From Oligoflexia bacterium (GTDB lineage Bacteria; Bdellovibrionota; Bdellovibrionia; JABDDW01), in NCBI GenBank assembly GCA_023250675.1, contig JAHFAE010000002.1, positions 7,491 through 71,490 on the forward strand: a stretch of 64,000 bases of DNA. The letters are read 5' to 3'. The translations under genes and the position numbers were made by a program. Positions 27,136-36,180 of the stretch are shown here, piece after piece. Below the pieces are notes generated by a model. The model made no database searches and was not told the DNA's origin. It worked only from the letters and a program-made list of their open reading frames with translations. Within the stretch, counting starts at the first letter, position 1. Each line of letters begins with the position of its first letter.

Positions 27136-29256
27136 ATGTCCACTTACACTCGAAAGTTAGTATATGCAGCGGCCCTCAGCTTGAGCGGAATCGCGGCCAC
27201 TTTCGGTTGGTACAATTATGACCTAGCTCGTTCTCAACGATCCGATAATTCTCAAAAAACTCTCTTAGGACAAATTGCTTCTGCAAAAAATGAAGTTCAA
27301 AAAAGACAAAAGGGAAGAGTCATTTGGAAGCGCGTTGAAGAACAAGAGCAACTCTTTGCAGGGGAAGCAGTTCGAACTTCTTCTGATAGTGAGGCAAAAA
27401 TAAAATTTAATTCGGGAGCCGAAGTTGATTTAGATCCCGATTCTGTCGTCACTATTGCAAATGAAGGCGACAAACCTAATTTGGACTTTGTGCAGGGGAA
27501 TATCTTTGTAAAAGGCGGCGCCGAAGCTGATTCTCTTGCACTTAAATCAGGTGAAACAAAGATTGATATTAAAAACGCTAATGTGTCATTAGGTTCTTCA
27601 GGAGGAAAAACAGCAGTTCAGGTTTTGAGTGGCACAGCTCTTGTTACAAATGGAGACAAGAAAATCACCTTGGATCAAACCCATTCTGGCGATATTGGAT
27701 CAAACGGGGTGAACATTTCACAAAAATTACTAAACGTTTTAAAACCATTAGCGAATGACCGAATCTACATTCGTTTTGATAAAAAAGAATCAAGTGTATT
27801 TGCGTGGGCGCCAATTTCTGCTGATTATGATGTTCGAATTGAAATGGGACAAAAAAGAGAATTGCTAAAACCAGTAGGGGATTTGGTGGCGGGCTCAAAA
27901 GGTTCTGTGAATATGGCGCTAAAACCAGGTACCCAATACTGGCGGTTTGTCGCTACAAATAAGAAAAACCCCCAGGAAATAAGTTATTCTTCGATAAATA
28001 AACTTGTAGTTATTGCAAACGTGCCACCCCACCTGCTTGCTCCGTCGGCTGATTCTCTCGTGACTCTATCGTCAGATACAAAGAACTTAGAGTTTCGCTG
28101 GGCCAATCCGGCACGTCTTATAAATCTTCATCTTGATGTTGCGAAGGACCCTGGTTTTCAAACTTCGATTTTTTCAGAAGAAATTGAAGACACCGGGCAA
28201 AAAGCTATTACGCCCGAAGACGATGGCGATTATTATTGGCGTATTATCGGTTTTCAGCCCGAGACCAATGTCAAAATTGAAAGTATGGCTCAAAAATTTA
28301 CGTTTAAAACCAAATATGAACTTGTTCCGCCTGAACTAAAACTTCCCGCTACAGAAACGACACTTTCGTTTGACAAAGTAGCCACCGGTGCGGTGTTTCT
28401 CGTTTGGAATCCTCAACCAGGTGCCACCGGTTACTCAGTTCATATAGAAGAAGAAAACAAAAAAGGTGGTTTTGCCATCGACAAAGAAGTGAGTGACACA
28501 ATCGCCAAGATTCCACAAGATGCCAAGCCCGGTCAATACAAGTGGTATGTAGTTTCAATGGATACTGAAGGTCGAAAATCTACTCCAAGTAAATCTAGAA
28601 TTTTTAAGATTCAAGATGTTCCCAAAATCGAATGGTCTGACAATAGAATGCAAGAGAATTATTTTTATATAACATCAAATCCAAGTTTTAAAGTTTCTTT
28701 CAAACCGCCAGCAAAAACTGGAGGAGTGGGTCCCCATCACTTCAAAGTTTTTTATCGCGTCGAGGGGACAGAAAAACCAGAAAGTATGCTGGTGCCAGGT
28801 CCCGTGGATCAAATCCTTAAAGTTTCTAGCAATGGTTTATACCATGTGTTTATCGAAGAGTTTGATTCTAAAGAAAATCTTATGAGTAAATCCGATGTGC
28901 GAGATGTGGTGGTAGAACCAAAGCCATTATTACCAGCACCCCAGTTCGCAGCGCGTATGCCAGCTGCAGTGCAGGCTTCAAAAAATGGCACGGCGCCCTT
29001 AGCTTGGAATCCTGTGGCCGGGGCAAGGGCTTATCTTGTTCAACTTAAAGATGAGAGTGGCAAGGTCAGAAAAGAAGAAAAATTTACGTCTGATTCTGTT
29101 GTAATGAAAAACTTATTACCGGGGCAATATAAATTAACAGTGAGTTCCGTAGATGAACATGGACGATCGGGACCATCAAGTGAAGAAAGGGCACTCAAAG
29201 TACCAGAGGTGAGCGATTTGAAGCCGCCTCAGTTTAAAAAATTTAAAATTCATTAA
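27136..29256 (+). CDS. Membrane-anchored envelope protein: N-terminal TM helix, a FecR-like domain, then multiple Fn3-like repeats.
   Basis: TM helix LVYAAALSLSGIAATFGWY. FecR-like region VIWKRVEEQEQLFAGEAVRTSSDSEAKIKFNSGAEVDLDPDSVVTI. Repeated W-x-P-x-x-GA-x-x-Y Fn3 signatures (LVWNPQPGATGYSVHI, LAWNPVAGARAYLVQL). Confidence 0.5.
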   Translation: MSTYTRKLVYAAALSLSGIAATFGWYNYDLARSQRSDNSQKTLLGQIASAKNEVQKRQKGRVIWKRVEEQEQLFAGEAVRTSSDSEAKIKFNSGAEVDLDPDSVVTIANEGDKPNLDFVQGNIFVKGGAEADSLALKSGETKIDIKNANVSLGSSGGKTAVQVLSGTALVTNGDKKITLDQTHSGDIGSNGVNISQKLLNVLKPLANDRIYIRFDKKESSVFAWAPISADYDVRIEMGQKRELLKPVGDLVAGSKGSVNMALKPGTQYWRFVATNKKNPQEISYSSINKLVVIANVPPHLLAPSADSLVTLSSDTKNLEFRWANPARLINLHLDVAKDPGFQTSIFSEEIEDTGQKAITPEDDGDYYWRIIGFQPETNVKIESMAQKFTFKTKYELVPPELKLPATETTLSFDKVATGAVFLVWNPQPGATGYSVHIEEENKKGGFAIDKEVSDTIAKIPQDAKPGQYKWYVVSMDTEGRKSTPSKSRIFKIQDVPKIEWSDNRMQENYFYITSNPSFKVSFKPPAKTGGVGPHHFKVFYRVEGTEKPESMLVPGPVDQILKVSSNGLYHVFIEEFDSKENLMSKSDVRDVVVEPKPLLPAPQFAARMPAAVQASKNGTAPLAWNPVAGARAYLVQLKDESGKVRKEEKFTSDSVVMKNLLPGQYKLTVSSVDEHGRSGPSSEERALKVPEVSDLKPPQFKKFKIH

Positions 29257-29261
29257 TTAAA

Positions 29262-30959
29262 ATGAAAATGTCATGGATGTCATTGATTACGATTTTAACG
29301 TTGTCTTGTCTGTTCAGCCCGCGCAGTTATGCCGAACTACCTCGGCGTGCTTTAGAATTGGAACTAGAAGCGGTCACGGGAGTTTCAGGTTACGAAATCC
29401 AAGTTATTCGAATCTTAGAAAATAATAAACGTAAACCGCCAGTACTTTTCAAAATTAAAACAACCACTTGGCGTGCGAAACTTGTTCCGGGTCGCTATGA
29501 ACTTCGCGTTCGATCATTGGATTCCAGAGAAGTTCCAGGGGAGTGGAGTGAATCTCAAGATTTTATCGTCAAACTTCCTCCCGCAACTTTGACTAAGCCC
29601 TCAACAGATGAAGTAGTAATGTCAGATCAAACTGAGAAAGAAAAAGTAAATTTTCAATGGCAGCCGGTAGAAGGTGCTGAAAAATATAAGTTAAGAATTC
29701 TAGATTCAAAGGGTTCTATGGTTCTTGAAACCATGGAAAAAGACTCCAGCGTAAGAGTTGAGCTCCCTGTCGGCAAAACATACAGTTGGATTCTTATCCC
29801 TGTTATGCCTGGGGATTTAGAAGGGGAGGCCAATGAACCGGCTAATCCGTTTCAACTTCATGGTGGAAAATTGAAACCTCCTAAAATTGGAGCTGTCGAT
29901 GATACAAACACCGAAGATTTTGAGTGGGCCGAACACTCCCTTGCCGATGAGTTTTCAATAAAAATTGAAAAAAGGGACTTAAAAGGAAATTGGATTGCAC
30001 ATTACGAAGCTAATAAAATTTCTGGGACCAAACATAAGACCGATAAAATTCTTCCGACAGGCAAGTACAGAGTCTTATTGTCTTGCGTGAGCAAAATGTG
30101 GCAAGAATCTGAATTTTCCATGAAGGAATTCAGTACTCGCGATTTAGGTACGAGAGCTCCTGCCGCCATTGAACAGATAAAAGCCGAGGCAAGTTACGAT
30201 TCAAAGAGTCGCATCTTTGCAGTAGCAAGTTATTATTTTTCGTCTATCGATTTTAGCAGTAAGAATGCAGATGTTGGTAATGAGACTAAATTTAACGCAA
30301 TCAGCGGCACGGGGAGATTGGGAGTGGGAACTTGGTTTGGCGATGATTCAAAATGGGGTGCATTGTTGACGGCTGATCTATCTGGAATTCAAATTGCGAA
30401 TTCTGGTTCAACGCAAACCTCCACCTATGCATCGGCTGCAATACTTGGGGTTTACAGAATGCGGCTTGAATCCATTGGTCAGCTTAGATTTTATATGGGA
30501 TTAGACTATAAAGAATTACCTGAGACGGTGAAGAAACCAGGAAGTCAAATCCAAATTGTCCAAAGAAAGATCACCACTGCGGGTCCAAGTTTAGGCGTTG
30601 GTTTCTATCATGGGTTTAGTCAGAACATCGGCATTCAATTTAACTTAGGACTACGTCATTCTACATTGGGATTAAGCACGCCTGAGTCCGCACGATCTGC
30701 ACTCGGCATCTCCCCAAATGGGGGCAATAATGGGGCAACAGATTCAAGTGGCCATGGTTCTAACATTGGCCGCGTTAGTTATCAAGGCGGCGTTCTAGGT
30801 TCTCTAAAGTTAAAGACCGGCCTCGTAGGATTTCTCGGTTACGTCTATCGAGTAGAAAACGCTGCGTATACGACAACCTCCGGTTCTCGCGGAATTGGCG
30901 ACAACTCCGTTTCTCTGACCGGCCATTATCTGAACCTCATGTTAGAGTACGGCTTCTAA
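29262..30959 (+). CDS. Secreted protein with N-terminal Fn3-like repeats and a C-terminal outer-membrane beta-barrel (ends ...LEYGF).
   Basis: Signal peptide. Fn3 signatures (FQWQPVEGAEKYKLRI). C-terminal alternating hydrophobic beta-strand pattern and a terminal aromatic residue typical of OMPs. Confidence 0.5.
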   Translation: MKMSWMSLITILTLSCLFSPRSYAELPRRALELELEAVTGVSGYEIQVIRILENNKRKPPVLFKIKTTTWRAKLVPGRYELRVRSLDSREVPGEWSESQDFIVKLPPATLTKPSTDEVVMSDQTEKEKVNFQWQPVEGAEKYKLRILDSKGSMVLETMEKDSSVRVELPVGKTYSWILIPVMPGDLEGEANEPANPFQLHGGKLKPPKIGAVDDTNTEDFEWAEHSLADEFSIKIEKRDLKGNWIAHYEANKISGTKHKTDKILPTGKYRVLLSCVSKMWQESEFSMKEFSTRDLGTRAPAAIEQIKAEASYDSKSRIFAVASYYFSSIDFSSKNADVGNETKFNAISGTGRLGVGTWFGDDSKWGALLTADLSGIQIANSGSTQTSTYASAAILGVYRMRLESIGQLRFYMGLDYKELPETVKKPGSQIQIVQRKITTAGPSLGVGFYHGFSQNIGIQFNLGLRHSTLGLSTPESARSALGISPNGGNNGATDSSGHGSNIGRVSYQGGVLGSLKLKTGLVGFLGYVYRVENAAYTTTSGSRGIGDNSVSLTGHYLNLMLEYGF

Positions 30960-31018
30960 GGTGCCAGGCACCTTTTCCGCAAATATAGAGGTGCCTGCTG
31001 GTTTTTCCGCAAATGTAG
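30957..31018. repeat. REP-like doublet (left copy): palindrome GGTGCC(A/T)GGCACC plus two direct TTTTCCGCAAAT(A/G)TAG units. Inverted relative to the copy at 32441-32505.
   Basis: The reverse complement matches the 32441-32505 copy at about 57/60 positions. Lies immediately after the stop of the upstream gene. Confidence 0.75.
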
Positions 31019-31077
31019 TTGATCTGAGGCTTAAAGTTTAACTTTTAGAAATGTGCTGTGTGGTTATTTTTGGCCCG

Positions 31078-31512
31078 CTACAAACCTTCACAATCCCGAA
31101 CAAAGTATGTTTCAATCTGACTCTTTGAACCATACTTGGGGTTGTACAAATAGAATTCAAGGCGAGGATAGTAGTTCTCGAGGTTTATTGCCAAAGCCTG
31201 TAGGTAGGTTCCGGTAGTAACAACATAATGGCGACCAGCCCAGGTAGCCAGTGGCAAAACAATTTCATGTTTAGAATTAATATTTTTTTCGGACAGTAGG
31301 CCCTTTTCAAATACTAGCCAGTTAACCAAGTGACCCCTAAAAATTATTTGTCTAGACGGGCTTGTTGTATCGTAATCAACGGCAAAAATCCCTTTGTCGC
31401 AGTTTACAGCATTTTTCCATGGTTCGGAAAAAGCAACCAAAGGTGCTAAGAAAATTGCAAAGGTTAATAATCCTAATATCAAACTTGGCCTCTTAATAAT
31501 TGAAATTGTCAT
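31078..31512 (-). CDS. Small secreted hypothetical protein located inside the REP-bounded segment.
   Basis: 144 aa with signal peptide LILGLLTFAIFLAPLVAFS and 2 Cys. Confidence 0.4.
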   Translation of the reverse strand: MTISIIKRPSLILGLLTFAIFLAPLVAFSEPWKNAVNCDKGIFAVDYDTTSPSRQIIFRGHLVNWLVFEKGLLSEKNINSKHEIVLPLATWAGRHYVVTTGTYLQALAINLENYYPRLEFYLYNPKYGSKSQIETYFVRDCEGL

Positions 31513-31669
31513 TTGTAACTCCCTGGAATAAATTCAAAACGTGGGCTTAAAACCGTCTCATTTTTTGGCCATTTACCCACCATTGTTGAATTAGTGCTAA
31601 TTGAGACTTCTGAGGCTTACTATTGAAATAATCGTGCCATCAGAATTTGGGAAGTGATTTCTCTCAAAA

Positions 31670-32410
31670 ATGTCCGAAATTGTCCGACGTGGATTCGGAC
31701 ACTTTATGCTCAATATACCATATATTTCATTTGGGAAGTTGGTACGCTTTGCATTGTCGATTCGCATGACGAGAAAATTGGCAGTTACTTCTGAGTATTT
31801 CCCTTTTCATATTACCGCACGCACGGTGAACAGAGACCTTTTTCCTATTCCACTACCAATCCTTTGGCAAGTTTATGAAAACTACCTTTACTATATACAC
31901 TTGGCATACGGGACAAAATTACTTTCATTTGTATTAATGCCAAATCACTTTCATCTACTAGCTCAATTTCCAAAAGGTAACATGAGCGAAACAATGGGTT
32001 TTTTCATGGGCGAAACAAGTAGGCGGGTTGGGGAAAAATCCGGGCGGATAAACCAATTGTATGGTGGCCGTTACCATCGCTCTCTCATATCTAATGAGAT
32101 TTATTTTAGGCACGCATATAAGTATGTCTACAGTAATCCAGTAAGAGCAAATTTAGTAAATAGAGTGGAGGACTATCCATTCTCAAGCTTGCACGGCTTG
32201 TTAGGCAGACGCACACTCGTAATTCCGATTGAAGAAGATACTTTGCTTTTTAATCAAGAATTCAGTTGGAAAACAGTGAACTGGCTGAATCGAAATCCCC
32301 AAAAAACCCATTTGGAAGAGGTTCGTTGTGCGCTTCGCAAAAAGTCATTTTCACTTCCCATAAACAAATTTACAAGAATTCCTAGTCAATTAGAACATCA
32401 AGATTTTTGA
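31670..32410 (+). CDS. REP-associated tyrosine transposase (RAYT / TnpA_REP, IS200-IS605 Y1 HuH family). The true start may be the internal Met at about 31766.
   Basis: HuH motif NHFHLL. RAYT motifs YGGRYHRSLI (compare wqrRFwdH) and YVYSNPVRANLVNRVEDYPFSS (compare YIHxNPVKxGLVxxxxDWPWSS). Flanked by inverted REP doublets. Confidence 0.75.
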   Translation: MSEIVRRGFGHFMLNIPYISFGKLVRFALSIRMTRKLAVTSEYFPFHITARTVNRDLFPIPLPILWQVYENYLYYIHLAYGTKLLSFVLMPNHFHLLAQFPKGNMSETMGFFMGETSRRVGEKSGRINQLYGGRYHRSLISNEIYFRHAYKYVYSNPVRANLVNRVEDYPFSSLHGLLGRRTLVIPIEEDTLLFNQEFSWKTVNWLNRNPQKTHLEEVRCALRKKSFSLPINKFTRIPSQLEHQDF

Positions 32411-32440
32411 ATTTAACTTAGAGAAATTTTCGCCAAATGC

Positions 32441-32505
32441 CCCTATATTTGCGGAAAAACCAGCAGGCACCTCTATATTTGCGGAAAAGGTGCCTGGCAC
32501 CTAGG
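32441..32505. repeat. REP-like doublet (right copy), inverted relative to 30957-31018.
   Basis: CCCTATATTTGCGGAAAAACCAGCAGGCACCTCTATATTTGCGGAAAAGGTGCCTGGCACCTAGG. Abuts the stop of the downstream minus-strand gene. Confidence 0.75.
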
Positions 32506-34357
32506 CGGCTTTGATCTTGTCGGCATGTTCGGCTTCATAAGCAGAGTAGGGTGTTGAAATCTCAATTGCCCTCCCTGTCTCATCGATATAACCGGTAACT
32601 TTAAATAATTTAAGAGGTTCTGATTTTCCTTTCACTGTGGCCGTGCCTGCTTGAACAAAAGTAAAAAATTCTTTTACTTTTTCATAAGTAACTTCGCTCA
32701 CAAGAAAATCTGTACCGTAAGCCTTAGTTGCGGCTTCAATTCTTGAGGCCATGTTAACTGTATCTCCGATGACAGTGTATTCCATACGATCATCGCTTCC
32801 GATAGTTCCTGCGATAAGGTCTCCGGAATGAACACCCATTCCAATTTTAATGGGACTTTGTTTTCGCTCGATTCGCGTCGCGTTTAGTTCGGCAAGTGCC
32901 TGCCTCATTTCTAAGCAAGCTTTAAGCGCGTTGGCAGCATCATTCCCAAAACTCTCTGGCGCGCCCCATACCGCCATGATGGCGTCTCCTATGAATTTGT
33001 CGACGACACCTTTGTTTTTTGTGATAATAGCAACCATAACTTTAAAATATTCATTGAGCATATCCACTACTTCTTGGGGAGTGGCTTTTTCGCTGGTAGC
33101 CGTAAATCCTCTGATATCACTAAAAAAAACAGTGGCCTCTCGAAAATCACCACCCAGTTTCATTTCACCAGTGATGAGTTTGTTCGCGATGCCGGTGCCG
33201 TGGAATTTATTAAAAAGAGTTTTAACTTTGTCGCGTTCTTTGAGACCTACCACCATTTTATCAAATGCTTGTGCTAATTGCCCCACTTCATCTTTGGTTT
33301 TGATAGACGCATTAGCTTCAAAATTACCTTTGGCTACTTCTTCTGTGGCCCGCAACAATACTTCGAGGGGTCTTGTGAGTGTCGTAGAAAATAAAATAAT
33401 GAAGAATAACGCGCCAAAGAGGACAATGCCTGTTATTAAAAAGGCGTTTCGACGAACGTTTAATGAAGGTTCAAGAAAAATGCTTCCAGGTATTTCTGAA
33501 ATCACAATGGGACCATACAGTGTTTTTGCGTAGGCACCAACTATTGTCTCTTTATCTTCATTTTCAAACCGACTTTGAAATTGATTTACTTTTTGAGACA
33601 AAGCTTTAACTACCATGGGGTCAGCAGATAAATTTTGGCCGTGTATGGCAAACTCTTGGTTGGAATGGGCCAATGTTCTTCCAAATTTATCAACTAAGAA
33701 GATTGTTCTCTCACTCATTCTTTCGGCCAAGGTGTCAAATATGGCTTGAAATCGGCTTAACCGTATATCCGCTAGAACCACATGGGTGATTCGACCGGTT
33801 TCATCATCTTTGACCAGGGGCAAACTAATAGACAAGAGTGGGGCTCCACCCTCAAGAGTTGAATTTCGAACCTCGACTTCTCCTATTTCAAAAGACAACC
33901 TTGTAGAAAACGGTTTATTAGCTCTGAGCGACGAAATGTACTCGCTGTCCACCTTGTATTGTTTTAAATATTCCTCATTGATAACTCGCTTTACCAACAC
34001 ATCTTTATTGTCAACACGGGTTATAACTTCGACGGCAACAAGATCGTGGTCACCACGAAACGCAAGATCTAGAGCGGCTTCTCTATTTTCTTCAGAAGGA
34101 AAATTTCTATAGAGAATTCCACCCACTACTTTTTCTTTATTAATAATATCTTGAAAATTGTCTTGAATTTCTTCGGCAATAATTTTGGCTTGACTACCGT
34201 TGACGTCGTTTTCTCTTGCGGTTGAAACGTCTTTAAACAAAAACGTCGATCGCAATGCAATTGGAATGGTCGCTGCGAGCATCAGTAGACTAGTGATAGT
34301 CACAAGTTTTACTGCGATAGGGATTTTCATATTTTTGATTTTATCAAGCATCTCCAA
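32501..34357 (-). CDS. Membrane-bound class III adenylate/guanylate cyclase with an extracytoplasmic sensor region and a HAMP linker.
   Basis: Cyclase core FSDIRGFTATSE...GDAIMAVWGAP...GVHSGDLIAGTIG. Two TM segments bracket a ~250-aa periplasmic domain. Confidence 0.7.
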   Translation of the reverse strand: MEMLDKIKNMKIPIAVKLVTITSLLMLAATIPIALRSTFLFKDVSTARENDVNGSQAKIIAEEIQDNFQDIINKEKVVGGILYRNFPSEENREAALDLAFRGDHDLVAVEVITRVDNKDVLVKRVINEEYLKQYKVDSEYISSLRANKPFSTRLSFEIGEVEVRNSTLEGGAPLLSISLPLVKDDETGRITHVVLADIRLSRFQAIFDTLAERMSERTIFLVDKFGRTLAHSNQEFAIHGQNLSADPMVVKALSQKVNQFQSRFENEDKETIVGAYAKTLYGPIVISEIPGSIFLEPSLNVRRNAFLITGIVLFGALFFIILFSTTLTRPLEVLLRATEEVAKGNFEANASIKTKDEVGQLAQAFDKMVVGLKERDKVKTLFNKFHGTGIANKLITGEMKLGGDFREATVFFSDIRGFTATSEKATPQEVVDMLNEYFKVMVAIITKNKGVVDKFIGDAIMAVWGAPESFGNDAANALKACLEMRQALAELNATRIERKQSPIKIGMGVHSGDLIAGTIGSDDRMEYTVIGDTVNMASRIEAATKAYGTDFLVSEVTYEKVKEFFTFVQAGTATVKGKSEPLKLFKVTGYIDETGRAIEISTPYSAYEAEHADKIKAA

Positions 34358-34473
34358 TACTTCTCGGTACTTAGAAGCAAAAACATGACGGAGCGTCCTA
34401 CTGGACCAAAAACTGGTACCGACGCGCCGCTACTTATAAATCGCAGTCGCAGTTGACCCAAGTTTATGCTTGA

Positions 34474-36180
34474 ATGAAGATGCAAGAGCAAAACAACTTG
34501 AGGGGGCAACCAATGGCCAGATCTTTGACTTACATTATTTTCGTTGGGTATTTATTCACTTCAGTCCAAGCCTTTGCGCAGAGTCAGAAGTGCTTTGATT
34601 TTAAACCTGTTAGCCAATTCAACGACGAGAAATGTTCAGCGGTTCGAGCTGAACTGCAGATGAAAGATTGCGCGACCGGTGCCAATCAAGGAGAGGTATC
34701 TAAAGTTTTTGCCAACTTTGAATGCAAACGTCCAGTCAAACGTCTTAAATATTGGTACAAAGATCAAATGCTCTACGGTGATTTAGAGAAGGATGGCAAT
34801 TCGTATAAGGTTGTAAAAACTTACACAAATCCAGCTACGCCATCTAATAAAACCACCAAAGCATCAACGGCGAAACCCCCATTAGTCGTAGGTACAACCA
34901 AAGCTGCTTCATTACCAATTCCTGTAAATTTAGGGGCGGGTCCCTTAGATACGAAATCAATCAAAGCAGATCTTGCTAGAGATAATTTAAAAGTTACACC
35001 CACCGCTACACCAGCTAAAGAAGAGAAAGTAGCCGTGGCATCAACGCCCGCTCCCGCACCAGAAGCGGCCAAGCCAAGTCCTACTCCGGTTGCTGTTTTG
35101 GCGCCCGAAGAAGTCAAATCCGCAGTGGATATTTCTAAAATAAAATTTTCTGGTCTTGTTGATTCATATTATTCTTACAATTTCAACGAACCAACGTCAA
35201 AACCGGGCCAAGCCGCATACGGGGCCTCACCTGCCAAAGATCAACAAAATAAATTGGTGGCACCTAATTTTTACCACGATTCGCCAACGCTCAATTTACT
35301 TGAGCTTTCTTGGGATCAAAAAGCTGAACCCGTTGGATTTCGAATTGATTTGGGATTTGGTCCTATTTCAGATTTTGTAGCAGGAACGGGAAGTGATGAA
35401 AGTACGAGAAGGGTAATGCAAGGTTACTTGAGCTACCAAACTCCCTTTGGCCTTCAAGTCGATGCGGGAAAATTTGCTACCCATATGGGTTTTGAGTCTA
35501 TCGAGGCAGCGAGAAATTGGAACTATTCTTATTCAAAACTTTTTATTTATGCGCTTCCTCTATGGCATAACGGCGTTCGTGCGACTATGCCCGTCGGAAA
35601 TAATTTGTCTATCAGTGGGTCTGTTGCCAACGGTTGGAATACTTTTTATGAAAACAACTACAATAAAACGTACGGCGGGCAGATTAAGATCAAACCGGGT
35701 ATGGGATTAGAAACAACACTTAATTATATTGGCGGAAATGAAACCGCCGGTGTTGGAAATTCAAGCGATAACCGAACGGTATACGAAGGTATTGCCAGTT
35801 ACTCCGGCTTAAAGTTCCTCAAAGTCGCAGTTGACTATGCGGTGGCCAAAGAAACTATGAACGGGTCACCGATTAACCAACTGACCTCGACGGTATTCTA
35901 TGCACGTTTAAAATTAGGAGAAAAATTTGCGATCAGTCCTCGGTATGAAATGTTTTCTGACGACGGAGTGATTTCAACGGGGACACTTTCTGGCTATACG
36001 CTAGGAAGTGGGCAAACAATCACTTCAGGAACACTGTCTCTAGATTACGAGCTAGGTACGGGTCTCATTGTAAGAGCTGAATACGGCAATGATTCAAGTT
36101 CGTTGCAGGCCTACACGAATAAAGATGGTGTAACTGGCTCACAATCTATCGCCACAATTGCGGGGTTATTAAGTTTTTAG
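34474..36180 (+). CDS. Secreted outer-membrane beta-barrel (porin-like) protein with a Pro/Thr/Ala-rich N-terminal linker.
   Basis: Signal peptide. PT-rich low-complexity stretch. C-terminal ~380 aa of amphipathic beta-strands ending in a terminal Phe (…AGLLSF). Confidence 0.5.
   Translation: MKMQEQNNLRGQPMARSLTYIIFVGYLFTSVQAFAQSQKCFDFKPVSQFNDEKCSAVRAELQMKDCATGANQGEVSKVFANFECKRPVKRLKYWYKDQMLYGDLEKDGNSYKVVKTYTNPATPSNKTTKASTAKPPLVVGTTKAASLPIPVNLGAGPLDTKSIKADLARDNLKVTPTATPAKEEKVAVASTPAPAPEAAKPSPTPVAVLAPEEVKSAVDISKIKFSGLVDSYYSYNFNEPTSKPGQAAYGASPAKDQQNKLVAPNFYHDSPTLNLLELSWDQKAEPVGFRIDLGFGPISDFVAGTGSDESTRRVMQGYLSYQTPFGLQVDAGKFATHMGFESIEAARNWNYSYSKLFIYALPLWHNGVRATMPVGNNLSISGSVANGWNTFYENNYNKTYGGQIKIKPGMGLETTLNYIGGNETAGVGNSSDNRTVYEGIASYSGLKFLKVAVDYAVAKETMNGSPINQLTSTVFYARLKLGEKFAISPRYEMFSDDGVISTGTLSGYTLGSGQTITSGTLSLDYELGTGLIVRAEYGNDSSSLQAYTNKDGVTGSQSIATIAGLLSF

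Noticed and set aside
32850-34388. Plus-strand ORFs (227, 108, 67, 62 aa) inside the adenylate cyclase gene.
   Set aside because: Antisense to a motif-supported 618-aa cyclase. Ser/Ala-rich low-complexity translations.
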